From NCBI RefSeq assembly GCF_988242995.1, contig NZ_OZ547043.1: DNA of 64,000 bases, one strand, 5' to 3'. Positions 1-11,009 of this stretch are shown here, piece after piece (the stretch's first letter is position 1; each line of letters begins with the position of its first letter). A program made the position numbers and the translations under genes. Under the pieces are notes generated by a model that was not told the DNA's origin, made no database searches, and was given only the letters and a program-made list of their open reading frames with translations.

Positions 1-200
1 GTGCCAGTTATCGCTATAGTGGCGCTGGAGTCGGTTATCAGGTTGCCAGTGTGGTTGGCGGTGGATTTACACCTTTTATTGCCGCTGCACTCATCACTTA
101 CTTTGCCGGGAACTGGCATAGCGTCGCCATTTATTTGCTGGCTGGATGCCTGATTTCCGCAATGACCGCTTTGTTGATGAAAGACAGTCAACGCGCTTGA
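1..200 (+). CDS. shiA: 3' end of shikimate/MFS transporter gene (partial, start outside window)
   Basis: Frame ending at TGA 198..200 translates to ...AAALITYFAGNWHSVAIYLLAGCLISAMTALLMKDSQRA, a hydrophobic MFS C-terminus; position upstream of amn as in E. coli. Confidence 0.7.
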   Translation, partial: ASYRYSGAGVGYQVASVVGGGFTPFIAAALITYFAGNWHSVAIYLLAGCLISAMTALLMKDSQRA

Positions 201-301
201 TAGCCTGGCGAAGATCATCCGATCTTCGCCTTACACTTTTGTTTCACATTTCTGTGACATACTATCGGATGTGCGGTAATTGTATGGAACAGGAGACACA
301 C

Positions 302-1756
302 ATGAATAATAAGGGCTCCGGTCTGACCCCAGCTCAGGCACTGGATAAACTCGACGCGCTGTATGAGCAATCTGTAGTCGCATTACGCAACGCCATTGGC
401 AACTATATTACAAGTGGCGAATTACCTGATGAAAACGCCCGCAAACAAGGTCTTTTTGTCTATCCATCACTGACCGTAACCTGGGACGGTAGCACAACCA
501 ATCCCCCCAAAACGCGCGCATTTGGTCGCTTTACCCACGCAGGCAGCTACACCACCACGATTACTCGCCCTACTCTCTTTCGTTCGTATCTTAATGAACA
601 ACTTACGTTGCTGTATCAGGATTATGGTGCGCATATCTCTGTGCAACCCTCGCAGCATGAAATCCCCTATCCTTATGTCATCGATGGCTCTGAATTGACA
701 CTTGATCGCTCAATGAGCGCTGGGTTAACTCGCTACTTCCCGACAACAGAACTGGCGCAAATTGGCGATGAAACTGCAGACGGCATTTATCATCCAACTG
801 AATTCTCCCCGCTATCGCATTTTGATGCGCGCCGCGTCGATTTTTCCCTCGCACGGTTGCGCCATTATACCGGTACGCCAGTTGAACATTTTCAGCCGTT
901 CGTCTTGTTTACCAACTACACACGTTATGTGGATGAATTCGTTCGTTGGGGATGCAGCCAGATCCTCGATCCTGATAGTCCCTACATTGCCCTTTCTTGT
1001 GCTGGCGGGAACTGGATCACCGCCGAAACCGAAGCGCCAGAAGAAGCCATTTCCGACCTTGCATGGAAAAAACACCAGATGCCAGCATGGCATTTAATTA
1101 CCGCCGATGGTCAGGGTATTACTCTGGTGAATATTGGCGTGGGACCGTCCAATGCTAAAACCATCTGCGATCATCTGGCAGTGCTACGCCCGGATGTCTG
1201 GTTGATGATTGGTCACTGTGGCGGATTACGTGAAAGTCAGGCCATTGGCGATTATGTACTTGCACACGCTTATTTACGCGATGACCACGTTCTTGATGCG
1301 GTTCTGCCGCCCGATATTCCTATTCCGAGCATTGCTGAAGTGCAACGTGCGCTTTATGACGCCACCAAGCTGGTGAGTGGCAGGCCCGGTGAGGAAGTCA
1401 AACAGCGGCTACGTACAGGTACTGTGGTAACCACAGATGACAGGAACTGGGAATTACGTTACTCAGCTTCTGCACTTCGTTTTAACTTAAGCCGGGCCGT
1501 AGCAATTGATATGGAAAGTGCAACCATTGCCGCGCAAGGATATCGTTTCCGCGTGCCATACGGGACACTACTGTGTGTTTCAGATAAACCATTACATGGT
1601 GAGATTAAACTTCCCGGTCAGGCTAACCGTTTTTATGAAGGTGCTATTTCCGAACACCTGCAAATTGGCATTCGGGCGATCGATTTGCTGCGCGCAGAAG
1701 GCGACCGACTACATTCACGTAAATTACGAACCTTTAATGAGCCGCCGTTCCGATAG
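302..1756 (+). CDS. amn: AMP nucleosidase
   Basis: 484-aa product starting MNNKGSGLTPAQALDKLDALYEQ within ORF 146..1756; the longer N-terminal extension of the ORF is not supported. Confidence 0.9.
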   Translation: MNNKGSGLTPAQALDKLDALYEQSVVALRNAIGNYITSGELPDENARKQGLFVYPSLTVTWDGSTTNPPKTRAFGRFTHAGSYTTTITRPTLFRSYLNEQLTLLYQDYGAHISVQPSQHEIPYPYVIDGSELTLDRSMSAGLTRYFPTTELAQIGDETADGIYHPTEFSPLSHFDARRVDFSLARLRHYTGTPVEHFQPFVLFTNYTRYVDEFVRWGCSQILDPDSPYIALSCAGGNWITAETEAPEEAISDLAWKKHQMPAWHLITADGQGITLVNIGVGPSNAKTICDHLAVLRPDVWLMIGHCGGLRESQAIGDYVLAHAYLRDDHVLDAVLPPDIPIPSIAEVQRALYDATKLVSGRPGEEVKQRLRTGTVVTTDDRNWELRYSASALRFNLSRAVAIDMESATIAAQGYRFRVPYGTLLCVSDKPLHGEIKLPGQANRFYEGAISEHLQIGIRAIDLLRAEGDRLHSRKLRTFNEPPFR

Positions 1757-2098
1757 TAAGTTCTGAACCTTCTTATCAAAAATAGATGTGAAGGATTAAG
1801 TAAGACATCTGGCAAATAACCCGCAATAAACGCGGGCTGTTTGCTTCCTTGGGCGGATACGAGTTTTATTATCGTCTTAATGATTTCCACATATTAAAAG
1901 CAAGTATGCTTTCAAAACACAATTATAAAAAATCCCGCCAACAATATATGTTTTTATAAAAATAAATATATGATTATGGCTTTAGAATATTTTTATTTCT
2001 AATAGACGAGATTTTTCCTGTTATGATATAATATGCCGAATTAACACATGTTAACGATTTACCAGTAATGTAAATAAATTTTCGAGGAGATCATTCCA

Positions 2099-2815
2099 GT
2101 GGGACGTAAATGGGCCAATATTGTTGCTAAAAAAACGGCTAAAGACGGTGCAACGTCTAAAATTTATGCAAAATTCGGTGTAGAAATCTATGCTGCTGCT
2201 AAACAAGGTGAACCCGATCCAGAATTAAACACATCTTTAAAATTCGTTATTGAACGTGCAAAGCAGGCACAAGTTCCAAAGCACGTTATTGATAAAGCAA
2301 TTGATAAAGCCAAAGGCGGCGGAGATGAAACGTTCGTGCAGGGACGTTATGAAGGCTTTGGTCCTAATGGCTCAATGATTATCGCCGAGACATTGACTTC
2401 AAATGTTAACCGTACGATTGCTAACGTTCGCACAATTTTCAATAAAAAAGGCGGCAATATCGGAGCGGCAGGTTCTGTCAGCTATATGTTTGACAATACG
2501 GGTGTGATTGTATTTAAAGGATCAGACCCTGACCATATTTTTGAAATTTTACTTGAAGCTGAAGTTGATGTTCGTGATGTGACTGAAGAAGAAGGTAACA
2601 TTGTTATTTATACTGAACCTACTGACCTTCATAAAGGAATCGCGGCTCTAAAAGCATCTGGAATCACTGAGTTCTCAACAACAGAATTAGAAATGATTGC
2701 TCAATCTGAAGTTGAGCTTTCCCCAGAAGATTTAGAAATCTTTGAAGGGCTTGTTGATGCCCTTGAAGATGACGACGATGTACAAAAAGTTTATCATAAC
2801 GTCGCAAATCTCTAA
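2099..2815 (+). CDS. yeeN: YebC/PmpR-family probable transcriptional regulator
   Basis: 238 aa, GTG start preceded by [23 protein letters not shown]... typical YebC-family N-terminus. Confidence 0.9.
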   Translation: MGRKWANIVAKKTAKDGATSKIYAKFGVEIYAAAKQGEPDPELNTSLKFVIERAKQAQVPKHVIDKAIDKAKGGGDETFVQGRYEGFGPNGSMIIAETLTSNVNRTIANVRTIFNKKGGNIGAAGSVSYMFDNTGVIVFKGSDPDHIFEILLEAEVDVRDVTEEEGNIVIYTEPTDLHKGIAALKASGITEFSTTELEMIAQSEVELSPEDLEIFEGLVDALEDDDDVQKVYHNVANL

Positions 2816-2824
2816 TTATATTTT

Positions 2825-2860
2825 AAAGAAATCTGTCTTTATGGCAGATTTCTTTAATCT
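2825..2860 (+). terminator. putative hairpin terminator after yeeN
   Basis: Inverted repeat aaagaaatctg / cagatttcttt immediately after the yeeN stop. Confidence 0.4.
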
Positions 2861-3269
2861 CATAGAATCCTTATAAAAAATATAATGTTTAACTCATCAT
2901 ATTGCTTATAAAAAATCCCCGTCCCCAGAGAAATAATATTTATTAAAATGGCAGGTCTTCTTTTTCTGATTACCGAAGACAAAGTGGCAATTACGTATAG
3001 TTTCCCGATAAAGACGCGACAGCTACATCCCGCATAAGGCATTTTTCTCTTTATCTTTGTACGGTACTTCATGGAACAGAATTTTTGACCTTGTGAATCG
3101 TGATGTCTGTTGGGGAGGGGCAATTTGCTCACTGAAGCGTGAGACTCAATTAAGCGCACGAAACACAGAAATCAAAAAACCCGGTCACTTTTTTACAAGG
3201 TAACCGGGTAAAAATAATTTTTATTTTTTAACTGCTTTGAGACTCATAGAGATGTCTCAAAACTAAAAT

Positions 3270-3345
3270 TTGGCTCCTCTGACTGGACTCGAACCAGTGA
3301 CATACGGATTAACAGTCCGCCGTTCTACCGACTGAACTACAGAGG
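3270..3345 (-). tRNA. asnW: tRNA-Asn
   Basis: 76 nt, exact reverse complement of the tRNA-Asn sequence found at 5095..5170 and 7504..7579; ends CCA. Confidence 0.95.
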
Positions 3346-3446
3346 AATCGTGAGAACGAGGCGAATATTAGCGATGCCCACCCACAATGTCAAAGCCTGT
3401 TTTTTAAATTTGAAATCGTTTGCTGAAATAATCTGCATTTTGTCGT

Positions 3447-4934
3447 TTATTCCGACACAACTGGCTTTTTTTCACACTTTTGCGACTCGGATCGAGGGTA
3501 TTTCCATAGCCAACGTCCAGTAACCATTCGCCAGTAAAACAGCACGGCCCGCACAGCCCAGTCGGCAAACATTCCCATCCAGACACCAACCACACCCCAG
3601 CCAAGCATGATTCCCAGCACATAACCGACTACAACCCGACAACCCCACATGCTCAACATCGAAACCCACATGGCGTAACGGGCATCACGAGCACCTTTAA
3701 ATCCAGCGGGTAGCACCCATGAGGCGGACCAAATAGGCATAAATAAAGCATTTAGCCAAATCAGAATCACAACGACATGTTTAACCTGTGGATCCTGGGT
3801 GTAAAACGATGCCATAAGCCCGGCAAAGGGAGCCGTTAGCCAGGCGATGGCCGTTAATCCAAGAGTGGACAGCCAGAACACATGCCGCAACTGAATCTCT
3901 GCTTGCGCTATCTGCCCTACCCCCAACCTTCGGCCTGTAATGATCGTAGAAGCAGAGCCGAGCGCACTTCCGGGTAAGTTGATAAGAGCCGCAATTGAAA
4001 ACGCGATAAAATTTCCGGCAATAACACTGGTCCCCATTCCGGCAACGAACATTTGGGTTAATAACCGACCACTGGTAAATAACACTGATTCGACACTCGC
4101 TGGAATACCAATCCCCATGACTTCCCAGATAATGCTAAAATTCAGCGGTTTAAAATAGCTCTTTAACGAAATCCTTAGCGCAGGATTAAAACCTATCGCC
4201 AGCACCCACAAAATTGCAACTGCGCCAATATAACGAGAAATGGTTAAACCCAACCCAGCCCCGACAAATCCCAGTCCCGGCCAGGAGAAAAGGCCGTAAA
4301 TCAATATGCCGCTAATAATAATATTAAGAATATTCAGGCTACCGTTAATCAGTAGCGGTATTTTCGTATTCCCTGCACCACGAAGTGCCCCACTACCAAT
4401 CAAAGTGATGGCAGCTGCTGGATAACTGAGTACCGTCAGCTCCAGATAAGTCAACGCCAGTGCTTTAACTTCTGTCGTGGCATCACCCGCGACGAAATCA
4501 ATAATTTGTTCGCCAAAATGATGAATAAGCGTTGCCAACAGTACGGCAAACAACGTCATGATCACCAATGACTGCCGCGTCGCCACCCTCGCTCGTCGTC
4601 GATCCCGCTTACCGAGACTAAATGCCACAACGACAGTGGTACCAAGATCGATAGCAGCAAAAAAAGCCATAATGACCATATTGAAGCTGTCCGCCAATCC
4701 CACGCCGGCCATCGCATCTTTTCCCAGCCAGCTGACCAGAAAAGTGCTCAGGACACCCATCAACAGGACACAGGCATTCTCCATGAAGATAGGAACAGCA
4801 AGCGGGGTTATCTCGCGCCAGAACAACACTTTGTAGCTCTTGCGTTTAGCGTGCCAGCGAGTGCCGTGAACAACCTGGCGTAAAGCAGAGGAGATATTCA
4901 AAGCCGACCTTAATTGCAGAAAGTGAAACCACAT
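3447..4934 (-). CDS. yeeO: MATE-family efflux transporter (FMN/FAD exporter YeeO)
   Basis: ORF 3447..5087; start chosen at internal Met (MWFHFLQLRS...) giving about 495 aa; multi-pass membrane protein. Confidence 0.8.
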   Translation of the reverse strand: MWFHFLQLRSALNISSALRQVVHGTRWHAKRKSYKVLFWREITPLAVPIFMENACVLLMGVLSTFLVSWLGKDAMAGVGLADSFNMVIMAFFAAIDLGTTVVVAFSLGKRDRRRARVATRQSLVIMTLFAVLLATLIHHFGEQIIDFVAGDATTEVKALALTYLELTVLSYPAAAITLIGSGALRGAGNTKIPLLINGSLNILNIIISGILIYGLFSWPGLGFVGAGLGLTISRYIGAVAILWVLAIGFNPALRISLKSYFKPLNFSIIWEVMGIGIPASVESVLFTSGRLLTQMFVAGMGTSVIAGNFIAFSIAALINLPGSALGSASTIITGRRLGVGQIAQAEIQLRHVFWLSTLGLTAIAWLTAPFAGLMASFYTQDPQVKHVVVILIWLNALFMPIWSASWVLPAGFKGARDARYAMWVSMLSMWGCRVVVGYVLGIMLGWGVVGVWMGMFADWAVRAVLFYWRMVTGRWLWKYPRSESQKCEKKPVVSE

Positions 4935-5094
4935 TTCAAATAATGAGGGAGAATCAGCAAAGCTGCAAAGATTTTCGCCAACAAATTGTCTGCAAATGCA
5001 ACAAACTGTTGATAGAAACGGCAAACAGTTGGGGAATTTAAAAATCGGGTTTGACAAAAGATTTTTCGCCGTTAAGATGTGCCTCAACAGCGAT

Positions 5095-5170
5095 TCCTCT
5101 GTAGTTCAGTCGGTAGAACGGCGGACTGTTAATCCGTATGTCACTGGTTCGAGTCCAGTCAGAGGAGCCA
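5095..5170 (+). tRNA. asnU: tRNA-Asn
   Basis: TCCTCTGTAGTTCAGTCGGTAGAACGGCGGACTGTTAATCCGTATGTCACTGGTTCGAGTCCAGTCAGAGGAGCCA, GTT anticodon loop. Confidence 0.95.
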
Positions 5171-5180
5171 AATTTCTGAA

Positions 5181-5207
5181 AAGCCCGCTTTTATAGCGGG
5201 CTTTTTG
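5181..5207 (+). terminator. rho-independent terminator after asnU
   Basis: aagcccgct ... agcgggctt hairpin followed by TTTTT. Confidence 0.6.
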
Positions 5208-6158
5208 CTATATCTGATAATCAATTTCCTCTTCACTGTTTTCCATCACCTGCCGCTTGATATCCTCAACTGAAAGTCCTGCATTACAAAGTTCCAGAAA
5301 GCGCCAGACATAGTTACGCTGAAGTTGCCCTCGCTTGAGTCCCAACCAGACAGTATTAGCATCGAAAAGATGCCGCGTATCCAGGCGGATTAAATTCTTT
5401 TCCTCTTGTTCACCGCTGGATTGTTCGGCAACTAATCCGATCCCCAGCCCAAGAGCAACATAGGTTTTAATGACATCAGAATCCTGCGCACTTAATACAA
5501 TATCTGCCAGCAAACCTTTGCGGGCAAATGCGTCATCAATACGTGAGCGCCCCGTAATCCCCTGTCGGTAAGTGATTAACGGCCACTTCGCTATTGATTC
5601 CAGCGTCAATGGTGTAATTTGCGTCAAGGGATGATCGAGTGGAACAAGCAAACTATGGTGCCAACGAAACCACGGGAAGGCGACGAGCTGCGGGTCATTA
5701 CTCAAACGCTCGCTGGCGATACCAATATCAGCTTCGCCATTTTGCAACAACGTCGCAATTTCCTGTGGCGTCCCCTGGATTAGCTCGAGCCGAACCTCCG
5801 GGAAAAGTTCGCGAAAAGCTTTAATGACCCCTGGCAAGCTATAACGCGCCTGAGTATGCGTCGTTGCAATAGTGAGAACGCCAGACGTATCGTTGGTAAA
5901 CAGGTCTGCAAGCCGACGAACATTACTGGCTTCATTCAGAATACGTTCTGCAATGACCAGTAATGCTTTGCCCGGTTCAGTCATGCCCAGCAGTCGCTTA
6001 CCTCGTCGAACAAATATTTCGATGCCAAGTTCATCCTCCAGTTCCCGAATATGACGGCTGACGCCTGACTGTGAGGTAAAAAGCATATTCGCAACCTCTG
6101 TCAGGTTGTAATCCTGACGTGCAGCTTCGCGGATTATCTTTAGTTGTTGGAAATTCAC
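5208..6158 (-). CDS. cbl: LysR-family regulator Cbl (CysB-like)
   Basis: 316 aa; N-terminal LysR HTH MNFQQLKIIREAARQDYNLTEVANMLFTSQSGVSRHIRELE. Confidence 0.9.
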   Translation of the reverse strand: MNFQQLKIIREAARQDYNLTEVANMLFTSQSGVSRHIRELEDELGIEIFVRRGKRLLGMTEPGKALLVIAERILNEASNVRRLADLFTNDTSGVLTIATTHTQARYSLPGVIKAFRELFPEVRLELIQGTPQEIATLLQNGEADIGIASERLSNDPQLVAFPWFRWHHSLLVPLDHPLTQITPLTLESIAKWPLITYRQGITGRSRIDDAFARKGLLADIVLSAQDSDVIKTYVALGLGIGLVAEQSSGEQEEKNLIRLDTRHLFDANTVWLGLKRGQLQRNYVWRFLELCNAGLSVEDIKRQVMENSEEEIDYQI

Positions 6159-6259
6159 GGTAAACTCCGGGCAGTTCAGATATCCCGTTATTGTTAAAGT
6201 CTAACGCCCGGCATAACAAATAATAAAAACCCGCATCTTATTCCATCCCGATATAACGC

Positions 6260-7177
6260 TTAGCTCACCAATTGCCACTGCCTTTTTTCCATCACTGGAG
6301 AACTAATCACTGACATTAACAACTCTTTCACTGCCTGTGCCTGTGGCGATAAGTTCGCTCTGGCGGGTAAATTTAATGACAAAGAGAGACTCATTGAAGG
6401 CGTGGTAATGCGTGACATCCACCCATTTACTGCGCCACATAACGAACGCGCGGCCGATTCGGGTAATACTGCAACGCCCATGCCGCTGGCAATCGCTGCG
6501 GTAAGCGTGGCAATAGACTCAATTTCACCAATAACTTTTGCCGTGAGTCGCCGTAGGGAAAAAGCCTCATCAACACGAAGTCTAACAGCGCTGTAATCAC
6601 TGGGGAGAAAGAGGTTCATTTTCGCAATAGCATTCACATCAACGCTTTGCCCCGGGCAATCTTGAGTTCCTACCAGAAAAAGATCTTCTTTCAGCAAAGC
6701 CTGACTGGATACACCAGCCACAGGGGAATGCTCATAAATCACCGCCATATCGAGTTGGTGATTTATCAATTTTTCGTTAAGCACTGCACCACTATTTTCA
6801 TGAAGATAGATAACGATCTCCGGAAATTCAGCGCGAACCGCCTGTAATAAGGGCATGGTGATGGATGACGCAGCGGTTCCTGGTGCAAAGCCAATCGAGA
6901 CTTGCCCCGATAATGCCTGACCAACGTTATGCACCGCCAGTTGGGCCTGTTCACACTGACGTAAAATGGCCCGCGCATGGGTATAGAGAATTTTTCCGGC
7001 GTCTGTTGGCGTAACGCCCCGCTTTGTACGGATCAAAAGTTGTTGATTTAACTCACCTTCCAGTGTGGCAACCTGCTGGCTGAGCGCTGGTTGTGCGATA
7101 TGCAATACTTCAGCAGCCTGGGTCAGGCTACCAATATCTACAATTTTTACGAAGTATTTCAGGCGTCTGAAGTTCAT
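6260..7177 (-). CDS. nac: LysR-family nitrogen assimilation regulator Nac
   Basis: ORF 6260..7207; start placed at MNFRRLKYFVKIVDIGSLTQAAEVLHIAQPALSQQV (305 aa). Confidence 0.9.
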   Translation of the reverse strand: MNFRRLKYFVKIVDIGSLTQAAEVLHIAQPALSQQVATLEGELNQQLLIRTKRGVTPTDAGKILYTHARAILRQCEQAQLAVHNVGQALSGQVSIGFAPGTAASSITMPLLQAVRAEFPEIVIYLHENSGAVLNEKLINHQLDMAVIYEHSPVAGVSSQALLKEDLFLVGTQDCPGQSVDVNAIAKMNLFLPSDYSAVRLRVDEAFSLRRLTAKVIGEIESIATLTAAIASGMGVAVLPESAARSLCGAVNGWMSRITTPSMSLSLSLNLPARANLSPQAQAVKELLMSVISSPVMEKRQWQLVS

Positions 7178-7503
7178 GTTGCCTCCGGTTTTTAAGAATC
7201 GGCCCAAGTGCCGCCATTACTTACAACCAGAAAGCAAGATGCTTGCCAGTTCTATTTTGGCGTTGATGCGCAAGCTAACCAACTGTCAAATAAAAGATTA
7301 TGATAGATTCGTCATTGGCCCTTTTTATCAGCAGTCGCATTCACCTGCCCTATAAAAGGAGGGTATGCACCACGATGGTTCATTACACAATAAGATTGAA
7401 AGCTCACCACTTTGTTGAAATTGGCAGCAAACAAACAAAAAAATACATTTCACCCTTTGACATCACCATGCACTGCCATTAATATGCGCCCCGTTCACAC
7501 GAT

Positions 7504-7579
7504 TCCTCTGTAGTTCAGTCGGTAGAACGGCGGACTGTTAATCCGTATGTCACTGGTTCGAGTCCAGTCAGAGGAGCCA
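7504..7579 (+). tRNA. asnV: tRNA-Asn
   Basis: 76 nt identical to asnU copy. Confidence 0.95.
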
Positions 7580-7587
7580 AATTCAAA

Positions 7588-7615
7588 AAAAGCCTGCTTT
7601 CGAGCAGGCTTTTTA
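7588..7615 (+). terminator. rho-independent terminator after asnV
   Basis: aaagcctgct / agcaggcttt hairpin followed by T-run. Confidence 0.6.
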
Positions 7616-7635
7616 CTTTCTAATTACCAACGCTC

Positions 7636-8568
7636 TTAAAACATCTGTCTTGAACCAGAACTAATTTGCACAGGCATTCCCGATCGACGTTGCAACGCAG
7701 CATTTGCGCGATTTACATCAACTTCTTGCCCGTTGATAAACGCCCGCAAAGATGGGGTTACCGGCAATGGCACTTTTCGGTCAGACTCATATTCTGCACG
7801 ATTGCGCGACAGCGGCTCATGAACTTCCAGCCACTTTGAACCATCCGGTTCCGTTGTGTATTTCACTGGCTGATCAATAATTTGTACACGAGTGCCTACA
7901 GGAACATTATCAAACAGATATTTGATATCGTCATTGCGCAGACGAATACAGCCCTGACTTACCCGGAGCCCAATACCAAAATTGGCATTGGTACCGTGGA
8001 TGGCATACAACCTGCCAATATAAATCGCGTACAGCCCCATGGGGTTATCGGGCCCCGCAGGAACAAATGCGGGCAAACTCTCCCCTCGTTTCGCATATTC
8101 GCGCCGGGTGTTCGGCGTTGGCGTCCAGGTTGGTGCTTCTTGTTTACGTTCAACGGTAGTCACCCAGTTACGCGGGGTTTCTCGCCCAGCCTGGCCGATA
8201 CCAATAGGAAAGACTTCCACTGTGTTACTGTCTGGCGGATAGTAATAAAGACGCATTTCAGCGACGTTAACCACAATCCCTTTACGAACAGTGGCGGGCA
8301 AAATCAGTTGCTGCGGAATGGTGAGTTGTGAGCCAGGCTTCGGCAAAAAAACATCAGCGCCCGGATTCGCTTCCAGCATATTACTTAACCCTTGCCCGTA
8401 TTGTGCGGCAAAAGTCTCCAGCGGCTGAGTATTGTGATCAGGAACAGTTACAGTAAGCGACTGCCCCACTAAACGGCTACCCTCTGGAGGTAATGGATAA
8501 GTTACCGCCAGGCTATTTTGGCTGGCAAAAAGCAGAGCAAATGAGCAAAGAATATTTACACGACGCAT
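7636..8568 (-). CDS. ldtA: L,D-transpeptidase (YkuD/ErfK family)
   Basis: 310 aa with signal peptide ([21 protein letters not shown]) and YkuD-type catalytic region (HGT...GC). Confidence 0.85.
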   Translation of the reverse strand: MRRVNILCSFALLFASQNSLAVTYPLPPEGSRLVGQSLTVTVPDHNTQPLETFAAQYGQGLSNMLEANPGADVFLPKPGSQLTIPQQLILPATVRKGIVVNVAEMRLYYYPPDSNTVEVFPIGIGQAGRETPRNWVTTVERKQEAPTWTPTPNTRREYAKRGESLPAFVPAGPDNPMGLYAIYIGRLYAIHGTNANFGIGLRVSQGCIRLRNDDIKYLFDNVPVGTRVQIIDQPVKYTTEPDGSKWLEVHEPLSRNRAEYESDRKVPLPVTPSLRAFINGQEVDVNRANAALQRRSGMPVQISSGSRQMF

Positions 8569-8632
8569 CATGTCCCTTTCCTAAGTCGCGAATACTATCC
8601 GATAAGTATAGCTTTTATCAGACTTTTCGTTT

Positions 8633-9712
8633 TTAGCTGTTCAAATCAGAAGTCGTATTCCCCGGTAGAACAATATTACTGGCAGCAAGTTCGCCCATGT
8701 TGTTGTATATCGCACAAGCAGCTTCGATGATGGGCATCGCCAGAGCTGCACCACTCCCCTCACCTAAACGCATATCCATATTGAGATAAGGCTCCAGCCC
8801 CAAATGCGAGAGCGCTATACGCGCGCCTTTTTCTACCGACAAGTGAGAAGGAATGAGATACGGTTTGATTGCAGGAGACATCTGGCAGGCTGCGAGCGCA
8901 GCAGCATAAGAAAGAAATCCATCCAGCAACACGGGTAAACCGCAGGAAGCAGCACCTAACATCACTCCAGCTATTCCGACCAAATCAAATCCACCCACTT
9001 TTGCCAGGACATCAATACCATCCTGAGGATTTGGTTGATTCAACGTAATCGCCCGACGCACAACATCAATTTTATTAGCCAGTTTATCTGTCGGCAGGTT
9101 TGCGCCAATCCCAACCACTTCTTCAGGATCCCGGCCAGTGATTGTGCTGACTATTGCTGCTGCCGGTGTCGTGTTTGCCATCCCCAGTTCACCTACACCA
9201 AACAGCGTGACACCGTTTTTTGCCAGCTCCTGCGTATAACATATGACGTCCAAAAGCAACTTTTCAGCCTGACGGCGACTCATTGCCGGAGCTGAAGCAA
9301 TATTGCCGCTACCTCGTGCGACACGCATGTTGATAAGCCTGGGGATAGGCTCAGCAGTATCAATACCAACATCAATTACGTGGACGTTAGCGCCCGCTTG
9401 TTCTGCCAGCACACACACGCCGGTTGTTCCACGGGTCATATTTTCAGCCTGTATGGCTGTCACTTCTTTTGGAGAAATAGCGACCCCTTCCTCCCAGACG
9501 CCGTGATCGGCACACATAACCAGTACCGCTTTTTTGCCCACATGCGGTATGCCATTCAACCCCGGCATTCCTGCCAGTTGTATGGCAAGCGCCTCCAGCT
9601 TTCCCAGGCTACCAACAGGTTTGAGTAACCCGTCAATATGCCGTTGTGCACGCGACATAGCGGCAGAATCGATGGCTGGGATCGTATTCAGTAAATCGGC
9701 AAGTATTTGCAT
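8633..9712 (-). CDS. cobT: nicotinate-nucleotide--dimethylbenzimidazole phosphoribosyltransferase
   Basis: 359 aa, [32 protein letters not shown]... Confidence 0.9.
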   Translation of the reverse strand: MQILADLLNTIPAIDSAAMSRAQRHIDGLLKPVGSLGKLEALAIQLAGMPGLNGIPHVGKKAVLVMCADHGVWEEGVAISPKEVTAIQAENMTRGTTGVCVLAEQAGANVHVIDVGIDTAEPIPRLINMRVARGSGNIASAPAMSRRQAEKLLLDVICYTQELAKNGVTLFGVGELGMANTTPAAAIVSTITGRDPEEVVGIGANLPTDKLANKIDVVRRAITLNQPNPQDGIDVLAKVGGFDLVGIAGVMLGAASCGLPVLLDGFLSYAAALAACQMSPAIKPYLIPSHLSVEKGARIALSHLGLEPYLNMDMRLGEGSGAALAMPIIEAACAIYNNMGELAASNIVLPGNTTSDLNS

Positions 9713-9723
9713 GTCACGTCTCT

Positions 9724-10467
9724 TTATAGCAGTGCCAGCAGGAAGACCAGTTCACCAAGCTCTATGGCTGCTCCCAGCGTATCGCCCGTTTGCCCGCCCA
9801 GCGTACGTTTGAGAAGCTGACCGAGGATGAAAATCGCCACCATCGTCACCACCATAGCAGCCACACCATGCATACCCGGCAATAATACGGCAGCAAAAAT
9901 AGCGGCTAAGCCGAGTGTGACGCAGGTTTGTCGCCCATCAATTTTGCCAATGAACACATTGCCAAGCCCTTCTTCCCGCGCATAACGATGACGATACATC
10001 AATAATGCGGCAGTCCCGCGGCTGACCGCACATGCTGCCGCCAGCGATGCAAGGATCGATTCGCCACGCAGAGCCAACTCGCTTAACACCAGAATCTTTG
10101 CCAGTACCACAAAAATCAATGCCAGACCGCCGTGGGTGCCTAAACGGCTATCACGCATGATTTCCAACATGCGATCGCGGCTACGTGCAGAAAATACGCC
10201 ATCACAGGTATCAGCGAGGCCGTCCAGATGGAATCCCCCGGTCATCAGCACCAGCACAAGCACGCTAAACAGTGCCGCCAGTGGTGCGCCACACCATGCC
10301 TGCAGCACCATGAAGACCAGCCCGCTAATCGCGCCAAGCAATAATCCAATCAAAGGAAAAGTAATAATACCGCGAGAATAATGCTCGAAATCCAGTCCCT
10401 GGGACCAGCGACGCGGTACAGGCAGACGCGTAATAAATGAGAGCATCGCCCAAAATAATTTACTCAT
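9724..10467 (-). CDS. cobS: cobalamin (5'-phosphate) synthase
   Basis: ORF 9724..10503; start at [18 protein letters not shown]; polytopic membrane protein; overlaps cobU stop. Confidence 0.85.
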
Positions 10468-11009
10468 TTGATTTTTACTCCAATACCAGAAACCACCAGC
10501 CATACTTCATTTGCCGCAGCGGCCAACTGCTGATTTACCCGCCCGGCAATATCACGAAAATGTCGTGCCAGACGACTCTCCGGCACAATCCCCATTCCCA
10601 CTTCGTTAGTCACTAATACAACCTTTGCGGGGCAACGTTGGCAGGCAGCAATCAACGACTGAATCTCAGCATTAATCGCCTGTTCCATCGCCTGATAATC
10701 CCATTCATCAGGGTCTTTATCGCCGCCATAATCAAACAACAGATTAGTCACCATTGTGGTAACGCATTCCAGCAACACAACCTCATTCGGGTTAATGTCT
10801 GCATGAATTAATTCATCAAGATGTTGCCAGCGCTCCACTGTGCGCCAGTGCTCCGGGCGGCCTTGCCGATGATGTTCTATCCGTGCAGCCATCTCATCAT
10901 CAAGGATTTGCGAGGTAGCGATATACAGAACCTGTGAAGAGTCCCCAATAAGCGCCTCTGCGTGGCGACTCTTCCCGCTCCGTGCGCCCCCCGTCACCAA
11001 AATCATCAT
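10464..11009 (-). CDS. cobU: adenosylcobinamide kinase/adenosylcobinamide-phosphate guanylyltransferase
   Basis: 181 aa with P-loop GGARSGKS. Confidence 0.9.

Noticed and set aside
146-301. N-terminal extension of the amn ORF (536 aa)
   Set aside because: Extension lacks coding character and an RBS; the canonical AMP nucleosidase N-terminus MNNKGSG begins at 302.
467-1890. Short antisense or out-of-frame ORFs overlapping amn (467..658, 762..1097, 812..1093, 1506..1766, 1633..1890)
   Set aside because: Fully embedded in a well-supported gene; typical spurious ORFs.
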